A DNA stretch of 64,000 bases from Octopus sinensis (taxonomy: Eukaryota). Of the stretch, positions 39,810 through 53,043 are shown piece by piece. Numbering within the stretch: the first letter of the stretch is position 1; the number at the start of each line of letters is the position of its first letter. The notes beneath the pieces were generated by a model. It searched no databases and had not been told where the DNA came from. It was given only the letters and a program-made list of their open reading frames with translations. Where the stretch lies: assembly GCF_006345805.1 (NCBI RefSeq), contig NC_043000.1:77190001-77254000 (forward strand), read 5' to 3'. A program made the position numbers and the translations under genes.

Positions 39810-40705
39810 GTATCTATCTTATCAAACATTTAAAAGAATTGTGGGGGGAGTGAAGGACCCCCCCCCCAAAAAAAAACAGGGGGTAACAGTATGCTCCCAT
39901 TTTTTAGTTCTTAGTAAAATCTTACTTTTGAATTGTTCTCTTATACATGTTTTGTCTATGTAGGTTAGGGTGGAGTTCAAGAGTTCAAGTTTCAGGAATT
40001 CTATTGAAAAAGAAGTCTTTCGAATTGAATAGGAAGGTTGTGGTGACCTGTGTGCGTGTGCGGCGTGTGTGTGTGTTTGAAATATATTGTCAAAACATTT
40101 TTCTTTTTCTATTGAGAGTTTTTTAAGATGGTCATTCAAAGAATTTAGGAGGAATTATTTTCCATTTGCTTTCTTGTGTGTGTGTGGTGTGTGCGTATTG
40201 TTTTGTCTCTGTGAGTGTGTGAGTGTGCAGGGGTGTTGTAGGGTATGGTCAGCTGTGTGTGTGTGTGTGTGTGTGTGTTTGAGATATATTGTCAAAGCAT
40301 TTTTCTCCTTTTTTCTATTGAGAGGATATGGTCAGCTGTCTGTGTGTGTGTATGTGTGTATTATTTTGTTTGTGTGACAACTAAACCATATTTTCTCAAT
40401 AGAGCTAAAGAAGAAAAATGTGTTGACAATATATTCCAAACACATACACACACACACGCACACACAACTGGCCACTACCTGAATAGACCCTTCTTATTCA
40501 ATTCGAAAGACTTCTTTTTCAATATAATTCCTGAAACTTGAACTCTTGAACTCTACCCAAACCTATATAGACAAAACATGTATAAGAGAACAACTCAAAA
40601 GTAAAATGTCACTAAGAACTAAAATATGGGTACTAACTGTTAACCCCTGATTTTTTGGTCTTTGACCCCCCCCCCAATTCTTTTAGTATTTAATAAGATG
40701 GATAC
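39810..40705. mobile_element. Fold-back / MITE-like element with ~310-bp imperfect inverted arms
   Basis: About 39810-40125 is a diverged reverse complement of about 40390-40705; termini GTATCTATCTTAT / ATAAGATGGATAC; no coding capacity. Confidence 0.8.
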
Positions 40706-40759
40706 ATCGAAACCGGGTGTATATATATATATATATAATCTATAATAATATATATATAT

Positions 40760-41105
40760 ATATAAGGGGAGAGTTTACGAAAAAACAACAAAAGACGAAG
40801 ATAGGTGGTGTACAAAACAAACAGGTGTATTAGTATAACGCTCAGGAATAGAAGTCTTTTATGTTTCGAGCCTACGCTCTTCTACAGAAAGGGACACAGA
40901 AAACAAGGAGAGAAAAAAATGTGTATAGTGGCTAACGATCTTTCATATATTATAAAATACAAAATGGGACAAGAACGCGAAACATCCGGACAACTAGGTG
41001 ATACAAAAAAAGACAACAAAACATCCAGATAGACGATACTAAAAAACAAAGACGCTTTCTATCCTTAGTCAAGAACCGGATCATCCTCGCAATTTCGGCT
41101 GATTA
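40760..41105 (-). mobile_element. Penelope-like pLTR fragments
   Basis: TTTCGAGCCTACGCTCTTC motif, reverse complement of the 12450 family. Confidence 0.6.
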
Positions 41106-42199
41106 TATATATATATATATATATAGCGGTGTACGTATACTTTGTCTCTGATATATATATATATATATATATATTATATAGATATATATATATATATATA
41201 TATATAGATGTATGTGTGTGTGGTGTGTATAACAGTTTTGAGAAGCTTATATCGGAGAAACTTCGATATAAATAGTTATTGTTAACAATAAATATTCTAT
41301 TCATCCTACACCACTACCCTCAATATACGTACAGATGCTTCGGTGAGTAGTCATATCATCAACCACAGTTCATGTAAATGGGATACGGAAATGAAATCGT
41401 GTGACAATGTGACAAGAGTGTAAGGTCAAAATAAAACAATTCAAATATATATATACTGTTCTCTTGGCCACCACTGGCAATACAACAGCGATTCATTAAG
41501 CAGTTACATAACATTTTCATTTCACACACACACACAAAACACAAAACCAATTTTCCGAAATGTATATGCTTAAGAACAACTATGGACACTTTTGAAGTTT
41601 ATTAAATATCATCGACGAAGTAAAACTTATAGAAACCTGCTTTGACCAGTTAACAATAATGTTTACATATAGAAAAATAACTCTGAAGATTTTGGCTTGT
41701 ATAAGTAAAAAACACATAATGAGTTAAGAGAAATAATTCAAATAGGATAAATAAAGGAAGGATGGAGTATGGGAACTAAAATGTTCTTCTTTATGTAAGA
41801 ATACGTGCTTGACCCACTTATCTTATTTCCCTATTATTTTTAGTTGTTTACAATGGTGGCCAAAAATCTTTCCAGTCTTTGTATACAGAAACCAATGGTG
41901 CTATTGATTACCATTTGTGATATAAAATTAAACATAAATAAATATATATTGGTGTTTGTCACCTTCGAATATTGCGCAACCCCACCGCCCAGCATTATTA
42001 CATTATTATAAATAGAAATATTATATGTTACCACTAAATATTATATGTTATTATTAATTGTGTCACATCACAGGAGACTTGGCGTTAACGATAAGTGTGT
42101 CGTATATTCCTGGCAGGAAAATGTGTTGATTTCTCTTTAGAAGGCGCCAATGACAGTAAAGAGAGTTTTTCCTTAATTGAAGAATATGAACAAACCATT

Positions 42200-42660
42200 G
42201 CAAGTGAGGGGAATCAACAGTCTCCGGCCACTATTTTTAGGAAATGGCACATAGAATATGATTCGTTGGAAACCCTTCAGTGGTAACGGATCCTTCGACA
42301 CAGCCCCGACCCGAACGCTAAAGATAGCAGCTGCTTCACCCAACCTTAGCAACGTCTTCCCCCGTCTTGACACGTCGACGACCCTGGTTCGAAAGGCAGA
42401 AATCGCCGCTCACTGCGCGCGACTCACGGCTGCTCCCTTCCTGTTTCCCCAATTTCCGGTCAGCTCACCCAGCTGCTGACGTCATCCCACAGCTACCAGA
42501 AGAGAAACGGAAGAAATCAAGCGACAAGAGAGAAAGGCTCGACAACATCAACCTCCTCCTCTACCAACATGCAGTCAATGCCATCGACTCTTCTATGCAA
42601 GAATTGATCTATGGTCATCATCGCCATCACCACAGAGGAAGCGTTCGGCAAAGAAAATAA
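42200..42660 (+). mobile_element. RTE-type LINE 3' fragment
   Basis: KRQERKARQHQPPPLPTCSQCHRLFYARIDL resembles the RTE C-terminal zinc finger. Confidence 0.65.
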
Positions 42661-43546
42661 ATACTAGGATACGAGATAAAACCGCCGCCGACGATAAACA
42701 AGAGTGTATATAACAACATGAGTTAAATTTTAAAAAATTAGAAGTGTGGACTACTGGCAGCTAATGACCAGTGGGTACTTTTAAAACAATGGTAGCATGA
42801 CAAATTAAGTATACTATCCAACAACAGAGATGTCCCTTCAAGGAGGATTCCACGTAGCTTTTGTTTTCTTAATTAGATACAAAATGCTTTAGTTGACTTC
42901 GAGGCTATGGTAGAAGACGTTTGTTTATGGTGTCTTGCTGTGTGAACGAACTCAAAAGCATGTACTTGCGAAGAGAATTTGTTAAGCATGCACCAATAAT
43001 AATATAATAATAAACGGGTGTGAAAATATGCTTACAGTCTTTCTGAAATAAACCATCATGTTTTAATGTACGCATCGTAAAAAAAGAGGGAAAAATAATA
43101 CATATTTACAAATTTATATATTTCAAAAAACTAAATTACGGTCATTTTAAATATATTTTCTGTGTTCTCTGCATACATTTTGACACACACACACATACAC
43201 ACACACGCACGCGCACGTACGCACACACATATGTACACATACATAGACCCGCATGTATATATATTTAAAAGGAAACTGACAGGACAAGACCTACTTATTT
43301 TGAAATCTTTGTACGGTATTATTTGTGTGTGTGTGCGCGTGTGTGTATATACATATACATATGTATGCATGTGTGCGTGTGTGGGAGGGTTGGTTGGGTG
43401 GTCGCACATCGCTCTCCTTTATCGCAGAGATTATCACGGTTGACTTATTGCGATGAGATATGATTATCTGGTTATCATTTCACATTGGAACCCGTTGGCA
43501 GGGTATCACACATTTGTGACACGACCAGGTGACATCCACTGCTTTG

Positions 43547-43602
<56 letters not shown>

Positions 43603-43823
43603 CGTAAGACTGTTATGTCGGTGTGTTGCAGAGTTGTTTCATATTTCTTTTTGATACACCGCGTATGAGTGTATGTATACACATATAAATATATATTTAC
43701 ATACTCATACACACATTCACACACACTCTTTCTCTCTCTGTCTCACTCTCTCTAACTCTGTCTTTATTTCTGGCTGTCTCTGACTGTTTACCTGCATGTT
43801 TGTGAATCTGTTTATCGCCCCCC

Positions 43824-43875
<52 letters not shown>

Positions 43876-43879
43876 TATA

Positions 43880-46800
43880 TAATATATATATAAGAAAAAA
43901 GGTTTGAAAATGCAATTTAAACGATGTTTATTTACTTACCGGTTTCACTCTTTGGTAAAAGATGTCAAAAGTTACATTTAAGGAACATTGAATAATATGG
44001 GTTCAAAAAAGTTTTTTACATAATTGTCACATTGAATATTATGCATTCAAAAAAGTTTTTACATAATTGTCACATTGGATATTATGAATTCAAAAATGTT
44101 TTTTTATACATAATTGTCACATTACATGTATAAATATAGTGTTTGGTAACAGAGAAGTTCAATAGTGTGAATGACACAACACGAAATAGAAGACTCCGGG
44201 AACTAAGGGCAATTCTTCTCAAAAGACATTACCCGGCATCACTAGTAGACAACGGAATAGAACGGGCCAAATCAATCAACATTCAAGACCTTCGAAAACC
44301 CAAACACATCCACAGTACAGTCAATAGCCTCCCTTATCTCTCAACACACAACCCAAGGAATGCAGAAGCTTACACTATTATATACAACAACATTCCACAA
44401 CTAAATCAAGACCCACGCCTGAAAAAAATACTGGCAGCTCATAAAATAATAAAAAGTAAGAGACAGCCTAAATCCCTAAAAAACCTCCTCACCAACGCAA
44501 AATTACACAACACAAACCCACCGCCCACCATCAAAAATTGTGGTCGCCCCAACTGCAAGACCTGCATCCACCTCCTCATTGAGGGATCATCATACAAGTT
44601 CCACTCGGACACACATTCATCATAAAAAATAATTTCACGTGCGCATCAAAAATTACTCTACGTCATAAGTGTGAAGGATGCCACGAAGACTACATAGGGC
44701 AAACGAGCCTTACCCTCAGAGACAGAATGACAGTTCACCGACAACAACTGAGGGACCCCTCCACAAGACAGATACCACTAAGTGGACACTTAGACCTTTG
44801 TGTACACAATAAGTCCCCCAAATTCTTAGTCTTCCCACTATACCAATGCTCGGACAACACCACAGACCAACACGAATAATAAGGAAAGTAATCTTATTCA
44901 AAAATACAGACCACAACTAACCATACTCTAACATACCCCCTGGAAGCACATCCAGAGCAAGCACACAGGGACGCGCGCACGCTCACAGCATATCGTGCGG
45001 GCGGGCACATGCGCGCATCGGCACGCATAGGACACACTAGCGGGCATTGACCGCACACATACGTGGCATGCACACGCATGCATTATATATGTAGGTGATG
45101 TATGTGTGTGAGTGTTGTTGTGGTGTGTGTGTGTGTGTGTGTGTGTGTGTCGTGTGCACGGTTGTGTGGTGTGTGTGCGCGGTGTATATTATATAATGTG
45201 TGTGTGTGTGTGTGCACTGTGTGCGTGTGTGTGTATGTGTGTGTGTGCGCGCGCGTTGTGTGTATGTGTGTGTGCACGTGTGTATATATGTGTGTGTGTT
45301 TGCACTGTGTGCGGGTGTGTGTGTATGTGTGTGTGTTGTGTGTGTGTGAGCATGTGTACGTATGTATGTATTTACATGTGTATTTGTTTATATATATATA
45401 TATATTATATATATATATATATGTTGTGTGTGTGTGTGGTGTGTGTATATGCATGGTATGTGTGTATATGTTAGTACTTTGTTTGTGTGTGTGGTGCGGC
45501 ATGTAGAGATATATTGAGTGTGTACGCTATAGGTTTGTAATTTGTGTGTTGGGGGGGGGGGGTTGAATTTTTTATATTATATATATTGTATATATATGTG
45601 TGTGTGTATGTGTGTGTGTGTATATTTATTTGCTTGTTTTGTTGTTGTAAACATGTACATTATTTGCATGCGCATTGTGTATATGTATATTGTATGTATG
45701 TGTATTGTATATGTATGTGTACAATTAAGTGTATATATGTGTGTGTATGTGTGCATTGTATATATGTATATTGTAGGTGTGCTATATATGCATGAATACA
45801 TGTATGTGCATTGCGTGTATATATATGTATACATTGTGTATGTATGTTATGTGTGTGTGTGTGTGTATATATATATTAAATGTATGCGTACGTGTATGTG
45901 TATGCGTTGTATGTATGTGTATTGTGTGTATATGTGGTACATCTATGTATGTGTATGTAAACACTATTTATATGTATATGTGTATATATGTATATGCATT
46001 GTCTATATATATATATTATATGTATGTACTACTGCGTATGTATATTGCATGTATATATTGTGTATGTATATTACTTACATGCTGTATGTGTGTGTATTGT
46101 ATGTGTGTATATATATGCTAGGTGTATTTGTGTGATATTTATATTATGTATGTATGTGTGCGTGTGTTGTGTGTGTGTGTGTGTGTGTGTGTTGTGTGTG
46201 TTTGTGTGTTATAATATCTGTGTATGTTATATATAGATACATATTATATTTGTGTGCTGTGTGTATATGTGATATATGTGGGTGCGTTGTGTGGGGGTGT
46301 GTGTGTTCTGTGTGTGTGTGTGTGTGTTGTTTGTATGTGGTGTGTGTTTGTTTATTATGTGTGTGTGTGTGTGTGTGTTGTTGTGTGTGTGTGTGTGTGT
46401 ATATATGTGTGTGACAAACAGACGCTATCTGACCAGCGGGCACGGACACATCTATTCACACCCGCATACTAACCTCCTGATAACCCCAAAATCATTCATG
46501 CATAAAGGGGAAGTATACACCACATTGGCTACTTCCTCTGTTCTCTCAGTTCAGCCTTTCTGCTAATACCGACAGGTCAGTAAAAACATATTCTCGCCTT
46601 GTACTTAAAATATTCTGAGATGTATAAAAATCCATTTTAATTTTTGCTGTCAAAGGCTGTATATATATACCAAAGATTGTATATATATACATGTAATGTG
46701 ACAATTTGCGACAACCAATAATTAACGCAACCAATTCCCAATAATATATTTGTTTTATCCTTTTTGTTATATCCTTTTCTGCCAAATTTTCCCAAATATT

Positions 46801-47085
46801 CTCATCACACTATTGAACTTCTCTGTACCAAACCCTATATTTATACATGTAATGTGACAATTATGTATAAAAAACATTTTTGAATCATAATATCCAATGT
46901 GACAATTATGTAAAAACTTTTTGAATGCATAATATTCAATGTAACAATTATGTAAAAACTTTTTTTGAACCCATATTTTCAATGTTTCCTTAAATGTAAC
47001 TTTTGACAATCTTTTACCAAAGAGTGAAACCGGTTAAGTAAATAAACATCGTTTAATTGCATTTTCAAACCTTTTTTCTTATATA
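43880..47085 (+). mobile_element. 5'-truncated Penelope-like element with inverted terminal pLTR
   Basis: About 43880-44170 is the inverse of about 46806-47085; 44143-44940 encodes RT thumb/linker (YPASLVDNGIERA, CGRPNCKTC) and GIY-YIG (YIGQT). Confidence 0.85.
44990..46420. repeat. Long degenerate (TG)/(TATG) compound microsatellite
   Basis: Directly visible. Confidence 0.95.
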
Positions 47086-47147
47086 ATCCCACTCGTGCGA
47101 TACCCCACAACTCAACTTTTATATATATATATATATTATATATTATA

Positions 47148-47189
<42 letters not shown>

Positions 47190-47585
47190 GGTGACGTCTT
47201 GCTGTCCCACATCTTTAAATAGGGCGTTAGGCTCGCTTTCAGACAGATATGTGAATTTGTTGGAGATTCTGGTCAATCCCTGGCTGGAAGACCATATGTG
47301 GCAGCAGGATTCGGCCCCTCGCCATACCTCCGAAGTCAGATGTGGTTGTCGAAGAATTTCTATGACGCCACCAGCATCAATTTCTGGCTTTCTAATTCCC
47401 CTGATTGTAATCCCTTGGTTTGCTATTTGCAGGGCACTGTTGAGAAAGACACCAACTGCTTTGCCTGCAATACCAGGCCAAATTGAAAGAGGTGTTCGAA
47501 GGTCTTCCCGGGGACACAGTGAGGAACACATGTGCCAGTTTTCCAGGAGTCTTGAATATATGATTTTAAAAAAAATGTTTTAATT
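47190..47585 (+). mobile_element. maT/DD37D-like Tc1/mariner transposase fragment
   Basis: MWQQDSAPRHTS..WLSKNF..NSPDCNPL..VEKDTN. Confidence 0.75.
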
Positions 47586-47648
47586 TTTGGAAAGGATATT
47601 GTGTTATGCAAACTATCAAATTTACCCTGAACACGCTGTACACACAAG

Positions 47649-47682
<34 letters not shown>

Positions 47683-47725
47683 CGCACACACACCACACAC
47701 GCGCACACACACACACGCACACACG

Positions 47726-47769
<44 letters not shown>

Positions 47770-48354
47770 TATATAGGGTGAAGTTGATGTACAAGGTGCG
47801 TGGCATAACCTTTGCACTTTCACACGTATGTATAAGTCGTTATATAACTAAACTGGAATATTTTACTAATTTTCACAGTTCTATTAACGTCTTGCAACTG
47901 TAATTTCCTTATCCTTTCTAGTTTTGTGAATCCCAGTTTCTAAACACTGGTGTTGAGGTAAATGCTCCAGAAACTTCAGATTTAAACTTAAAGCTATAGT
48001 CGGGTAGATTTTCTGCATATTTCTCACTAGCTTACCACTGTTGATATATTTCCTTTCCATCTTTAACATTATGTTAACATCTACTTATTTGTGCACCACG
48101 CTCTCTTTCACCGTCTCCGATCATTATGTCTGATATATTTGAGTCTTGACAGTTACATTCCACGGGCAATCTTTCATATCATATTACGGTAACTCTGAAG
48201 CTTTCTGACTTGCTCTGCCAGATTAATTTTATGTAAAGTAACACAAAAGTTGTGTATTGTGGATAGAAAGTAAGCACGCACGCATGCACAGACATGTTCA
48301 CATACACGTCTATATATACATACATACATGCACATATATATATATATATATATA

Positions 48355-49205
48355 AAAATTAAAATTAATTAAGGGTAGAAATTGGTATTAGTCAATTAAA
48401 ACCAGTGGGCTAGCATATTAAAAAGAATCCGAAGATTAAAATATTTATATATACCAATTAAGGACTGAACACGAAAAGTGGACAGTCAACATGCTAGATA
48501 TAGACGTCAAATCGCCATTCTCCACAAAGATTATGTTCTCAAATAAAATAAAATTCAGCACAAACCAAAGCAATAAATAAGACAAATGAAAATATACGAA
48601 ATGAAATAATCACCTATGTACAGATCATTTTTAGTTATTAATATCCGCAAGGATATCTGTAACTTCGTCAGCATAGCCTGTTATGAACATAATTTGCTGG
48701 ACTAGATGCAAAAAACGATACCGAAGTGCCGCATGCATAAAGTACAACCGATTAAGTTCGAATGTATCTTTCAAATGCCTTTACTTTGGCGCGCTGAGAC
48801 TCTAAAAACCAGCCAGCAGCTAATAATTAGCAGCAGTCAATTTATCGGTTTAAGAACATATATTTTATATTAAAATTAATTAAGGGTAGAAATTGATATT
48901 AGTCAATTAAAACCAGTGGGCTAGCATATTAAAAAGAATCCGAAGATTAAAATATTTATATATACCAATTAAGGACTGAACACGGAAAGTGGACGGTCAA
49001 CATGCTAGATATAGACGTCAAATCGCCATTCTCCACAAAGATTATGTTCTCAAATAAAATAAAATTCAGCACAAACCAAAGCAATAAATAAGACAAATGA
49101 AAATATACGAAATGAGAACATAATCTTTGTGGAGAATGGCGATTTGACGTCTATATCTAGCATGTTGACTGTCCACTTTTCGTGTTCAGTCCTTAATTGG
49201 TATAT
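48355..49205 (-). mobile_element. PLE-like pLTR array: two ~250-bp direct repeats plus a ~90-bp inverted copy
   Basis: 48355-48605 matches 48870-49115; 49113-49205 is the reverse complement of about 48450-48540. Confidence 0.7.
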
Positions 49206-49329
49206 ATATATATATATACAGTAAAGCAATTAAGATTCAAGTGAGTTCTGTTGAATTCACATGAATGCGGTACTTAACTTAGATGCACAGAAATCTATAT
49301 GGTGTTAACCATAAGATAATGCGGGTGTG

Positions 49330-52165
49330 TGATTATAAATAGAAAAAGCAACAAGAATGGATCAATATTTCGGTACAATTGTTTCGTGCGAAGACAGCTT
49401 TATTAAGGCTGCAAATATTGCAGTAAATATAAGTAACCCGTACTCATCAGCCGAAAAAACATCTGAGTTCTCCAAACATCTAAGGGGGTGATGTTACACT
49501 CCTGAAACATCAGGGATAGTTCTATAAAAATAAGATTTAGGTAACAAACGGACTTCTAAAAGTTCTTTTAGTGTTGCACAGTCATATAACGGGTTTTAAA
49601 AAAGTATTTTAAAAAACCTCTTAGTTTCTCAGAAAATGAAAATGAAAATGAAAATGTAAATCCATCCATATTGAAGTAAGTTTGATTTCTGGAGATATGA
49701 GGAGAGGTATCATACTCACAGAAGATGCATTTATCCATAATTAGTCCATAATAAGGTGTGTTTCCTGATGTGTGATGATATACTTGTTACATTTCTGAGA
49801 ATTTCTCCAAACTGCTATGTTAGAATTAAATTTGTTGAAGGAAGGTTAGTGAAGCGTAGAGACAATCCCTCACATAGGGTATATTGGGGTAACTGAGAGG
49901 GGAAGGGGATGTAAATGTCCAACTACGCAGAATAGTTTATTTCAGTGGAGACGAACTGACTGATTCAGAATTTGCAAGAATCTAAGATTTTAAGGAGGAA
50001 TGCTAATCTTGACCAAATACCGTCGTTAATTGCTATATAAAGAGGATATGGGAAGGTAAAGAAGGGTCAAAGGTTGTCACTATAGGAAAAAAACATTAAC
50101 AGATTTCAGTGCAACACTAGAAAGGAGGTCATTTAATTTATTTCTTTATTTATTAATGTTACTACTAATACAATGGCAGACTTTGGGACTACATTAAGGG
50201 GTCAAAAGAAAGGATTGAGAGTTATTTTTCATAATGAAAAATCGTTATATTATTTTTATGGGATTAGCAATATTTTCTAGTAGTATATAAAAGAATTACA
50301 AAGTCTAAATAACTAATTTGCTATAAGTTGGTTTACCTAAATTAGATTAAAAATTAGATAAAATTAATTTAAATTATCTATATAGTCTATTAGAATGAAA
50401 ATTTATTTGCAACTAATTTATTTCTTTATGTTTCAAACCTGGTACAGTTAGAGAGAAAATAACCAATGCCTATGAGATCGTAGCTATCTAATTAAATATA
50501 TAATATAATATATAAGAGTTTTGCTTTATTAGTATAAGCAAGATAGACAAATCACAAAATGATTTTTATATACGGTTATCATTTAAAATATTTTAGAGTC
50601 TTAATCCTAGCGTGAATACAAGAGAAAACCCAATTATATACGGTTATTCAACAAATTATCATTTCTTCTATGCATTAGTATTTCAAATGTTTCCATGGAG
50701 CAAAGTTGACAACCAACTCTGCTATTTTTATAAGGTATCGCTCTTCTAACTAATTCCCAATTAAGGTTATACTTAATTATTATTGTTTTGAGTTCCAGAT
50801 CTTACTTGAAAGTGTGGTGCTATCAGCTTTATGACGTAATTTGAAAGAAGAGAGATGATTGCTAAGACGTTTCTTAAAATTTATAGTACACCCTAAATAA
50901 ATAAATTTGTTATTCTCTGTGGTTATGGTACATTTATAGATTACGTTATTTAACCCGCATAGACCAGGTGCCGGGTATTTTTTATCTAATTCTACAGTTA
51001 CACCTAGGGGGATCATTTTCCGATGTGGAATTACTCAAGGATAGATGTCTCATATTACTGCTATTCAAGACATTATGAGTATATTTTGTTATTATAGTTA
51101 CTGCTGCTATCTAAAATAGTGTTATCGTTATTATAGTTAATGTTGTTATCTAAAGCAGTATTATCATTTATCGGTCTTTCTACACTATCATTTAATTCTA
51201 TAGTCCTACCATAATTACTAACATTATTGGTATTGCTACTATTATTGCCAGTATTAGTTTCTAAATGTATACTGTTACTATAGATATCATTGTTGTCTTC
51301 ATTCTCGGTATTTTCCTTATTGGTATTATTCATATTATTAACATAATTGTTTCTATTTGTATTATTATTATTACTAGCTATTCTATAGCTATTGGTTATA
51401 CCTATGTTATGATAGTTATTATTATTGTGGCTATTATTAATTTCGGTAATGTTACTACAATTGCCATTTGTATTCCTATCGTTATTATTTAAATTTTTCC
51501 AGGCTAGTTTAATGTTATTATTATTGATCTTAGCTATTAAAGTGGACATATTTGGGAGGGTTGATAGAAATTCTGACCGTTTTTTTTAGAAATAATTTTA
51601 TAATATCTATGAGAGGTGGGAAGTTCTTTCCAGAATTATTTTGAATCTACTCTGAATATCCGATAGAATCGCACAGTTGAAAGGAACATTTAGCCACATT
51701 ATATCTTTCTTATTAAATTTCCTAGAATTAGAATTGGGGTTAGTTGAATCATTCCTACTTTCACCAGAGTCGTTGTGTTTATTAATGTTCCTATTTGCAT
51801 GCTTCTTTGTTTTATCTAAATTTATCTTATCCGTATTACCTATGTTCTGGTCTATGTTCTTATCATTATTCTTATTTCCATTTAGATTAGTTGTCACCGT
51901 AAATCTACTTCTACTTTTATTTCTGACGTGATCTCTACTTCAATATGGATGGATTTACATTTTCATTTTCATTTTCATTTTCTGGGAAACTAAGAGGTTT
52001 TATAAAATACTTTTTTAAAACCCGTTATATGACTGTGCAACACTAAAAGAACTTTTAGAAGTCCGTTTGTTACCTAAATCTTATTTTTATAGAAAATAAA
52101 GCTGTCTTCGTACGAAACAATTGTACCGAAATATTGATCCATTCTTGTTGCTTTTTTCTATATAG
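49330..52165 (-). mobile_element. Penelope-like element with inverted pLTR and GIY-YIG
   Basis: 49330-49680 is the inverse of 51935-52165 (the latter lacks ~120 bp); KKDIMWLNVPFN linker; NVIYKCTITTENNKFIYLGCTINFKKRLSNH at 50780-51016. Confidence 0.85.
49368..49456 (-). ncRNA. Type I hammerhead ribozyme motif
   Basis: TTTCGG-CTGATGA-GTACG..(48 nt)..CGCAC-GAAAC-AATT-GT-A-CCGAAA; 6-bp stem I; palindromic stem III; GUA triplet. Confidence 0.75.
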
Positions 52166-52278
52166 ATATATATATATATATATATATATATAGATATATA
52201 ATATATATATATATATTACGGAGATGTACTCGCATACCAAGTGATTTGATCTGAGATCGTGTGCTGAAACGAAAACAA

Positions 52279-52538
52279 TGCAGCGTGGAAGGTGTTGTAA
52301 GCCATTTAAGAAACACCACAAAAGCCGTTCGATTCACTTCAACATTTAAGTTTAATTTGTCAAAATATTTTCGTCGCTAAAATCCGCGACCTGTTCACTG
52401 ATGCAGCACGGATTTTTGTCAGTGAACAGGTCGCGGTTTTAGCGACGAAAAATTTGACAAATTAAACTTAAATGTTGAAGTGAATCGAACGGCTTTGTGT
52501 GTTTTCTTAAATGGTTTACAAACACCTTCCACGCTGCA
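52279..52538. repeat. Near-perfect ~120-bp hairpin with 17-bp spacer (PLE-type end)
   Basis: 52279-52401 is the inverse of 52419-52538. Confidence 0.9.
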
Positions 52539-52547
52539 AAATTGTTT

Positions 52548-52617
<70 letters not shown>

Positions 52618-52674
52618 GGTCCCGGGTTGATTCGGGGTTAACCACAGTAAATAAGGTACTCAATACATAGCAGA

Positions 52675-52918
52675 GTAAAATTAATTATTATAATAGAAGG
52701 AGCTTCTACAGGACTAGAACTGTTTCATTCAAGAGAAATCTTCAGGAAGCTAGTTAACAAGAATGTATTGGCATTTATACATTTAGGCAGTTTAAAGGGG
52801 TGTTGGTGGGGGGACTTTTGGGGGTAGGCATAGCGCAAAAAATCATACTTGGGGGAGTGGTCAAGGAGTCAGTGTTAAATTAGATAGGAGAATAAAAAAA
52901 TAAAAATAAAAATAAAAA

Positions 52919-52950
<32 letters not shown>

Positions 52951-52995
52951 TAAAAAATATATAAAAAAATATTAAAAAATAAAAATAAAAAAAAA

Positions 52996-53043
<48 letters not shown>

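Noticed and set aside
47880-48240. Candidate exons on either strand (e.g. LPLLIYFLSIFNIMLTST..)
   Set aside because: Several mutually exclusive weak models and no recognisable peptide.
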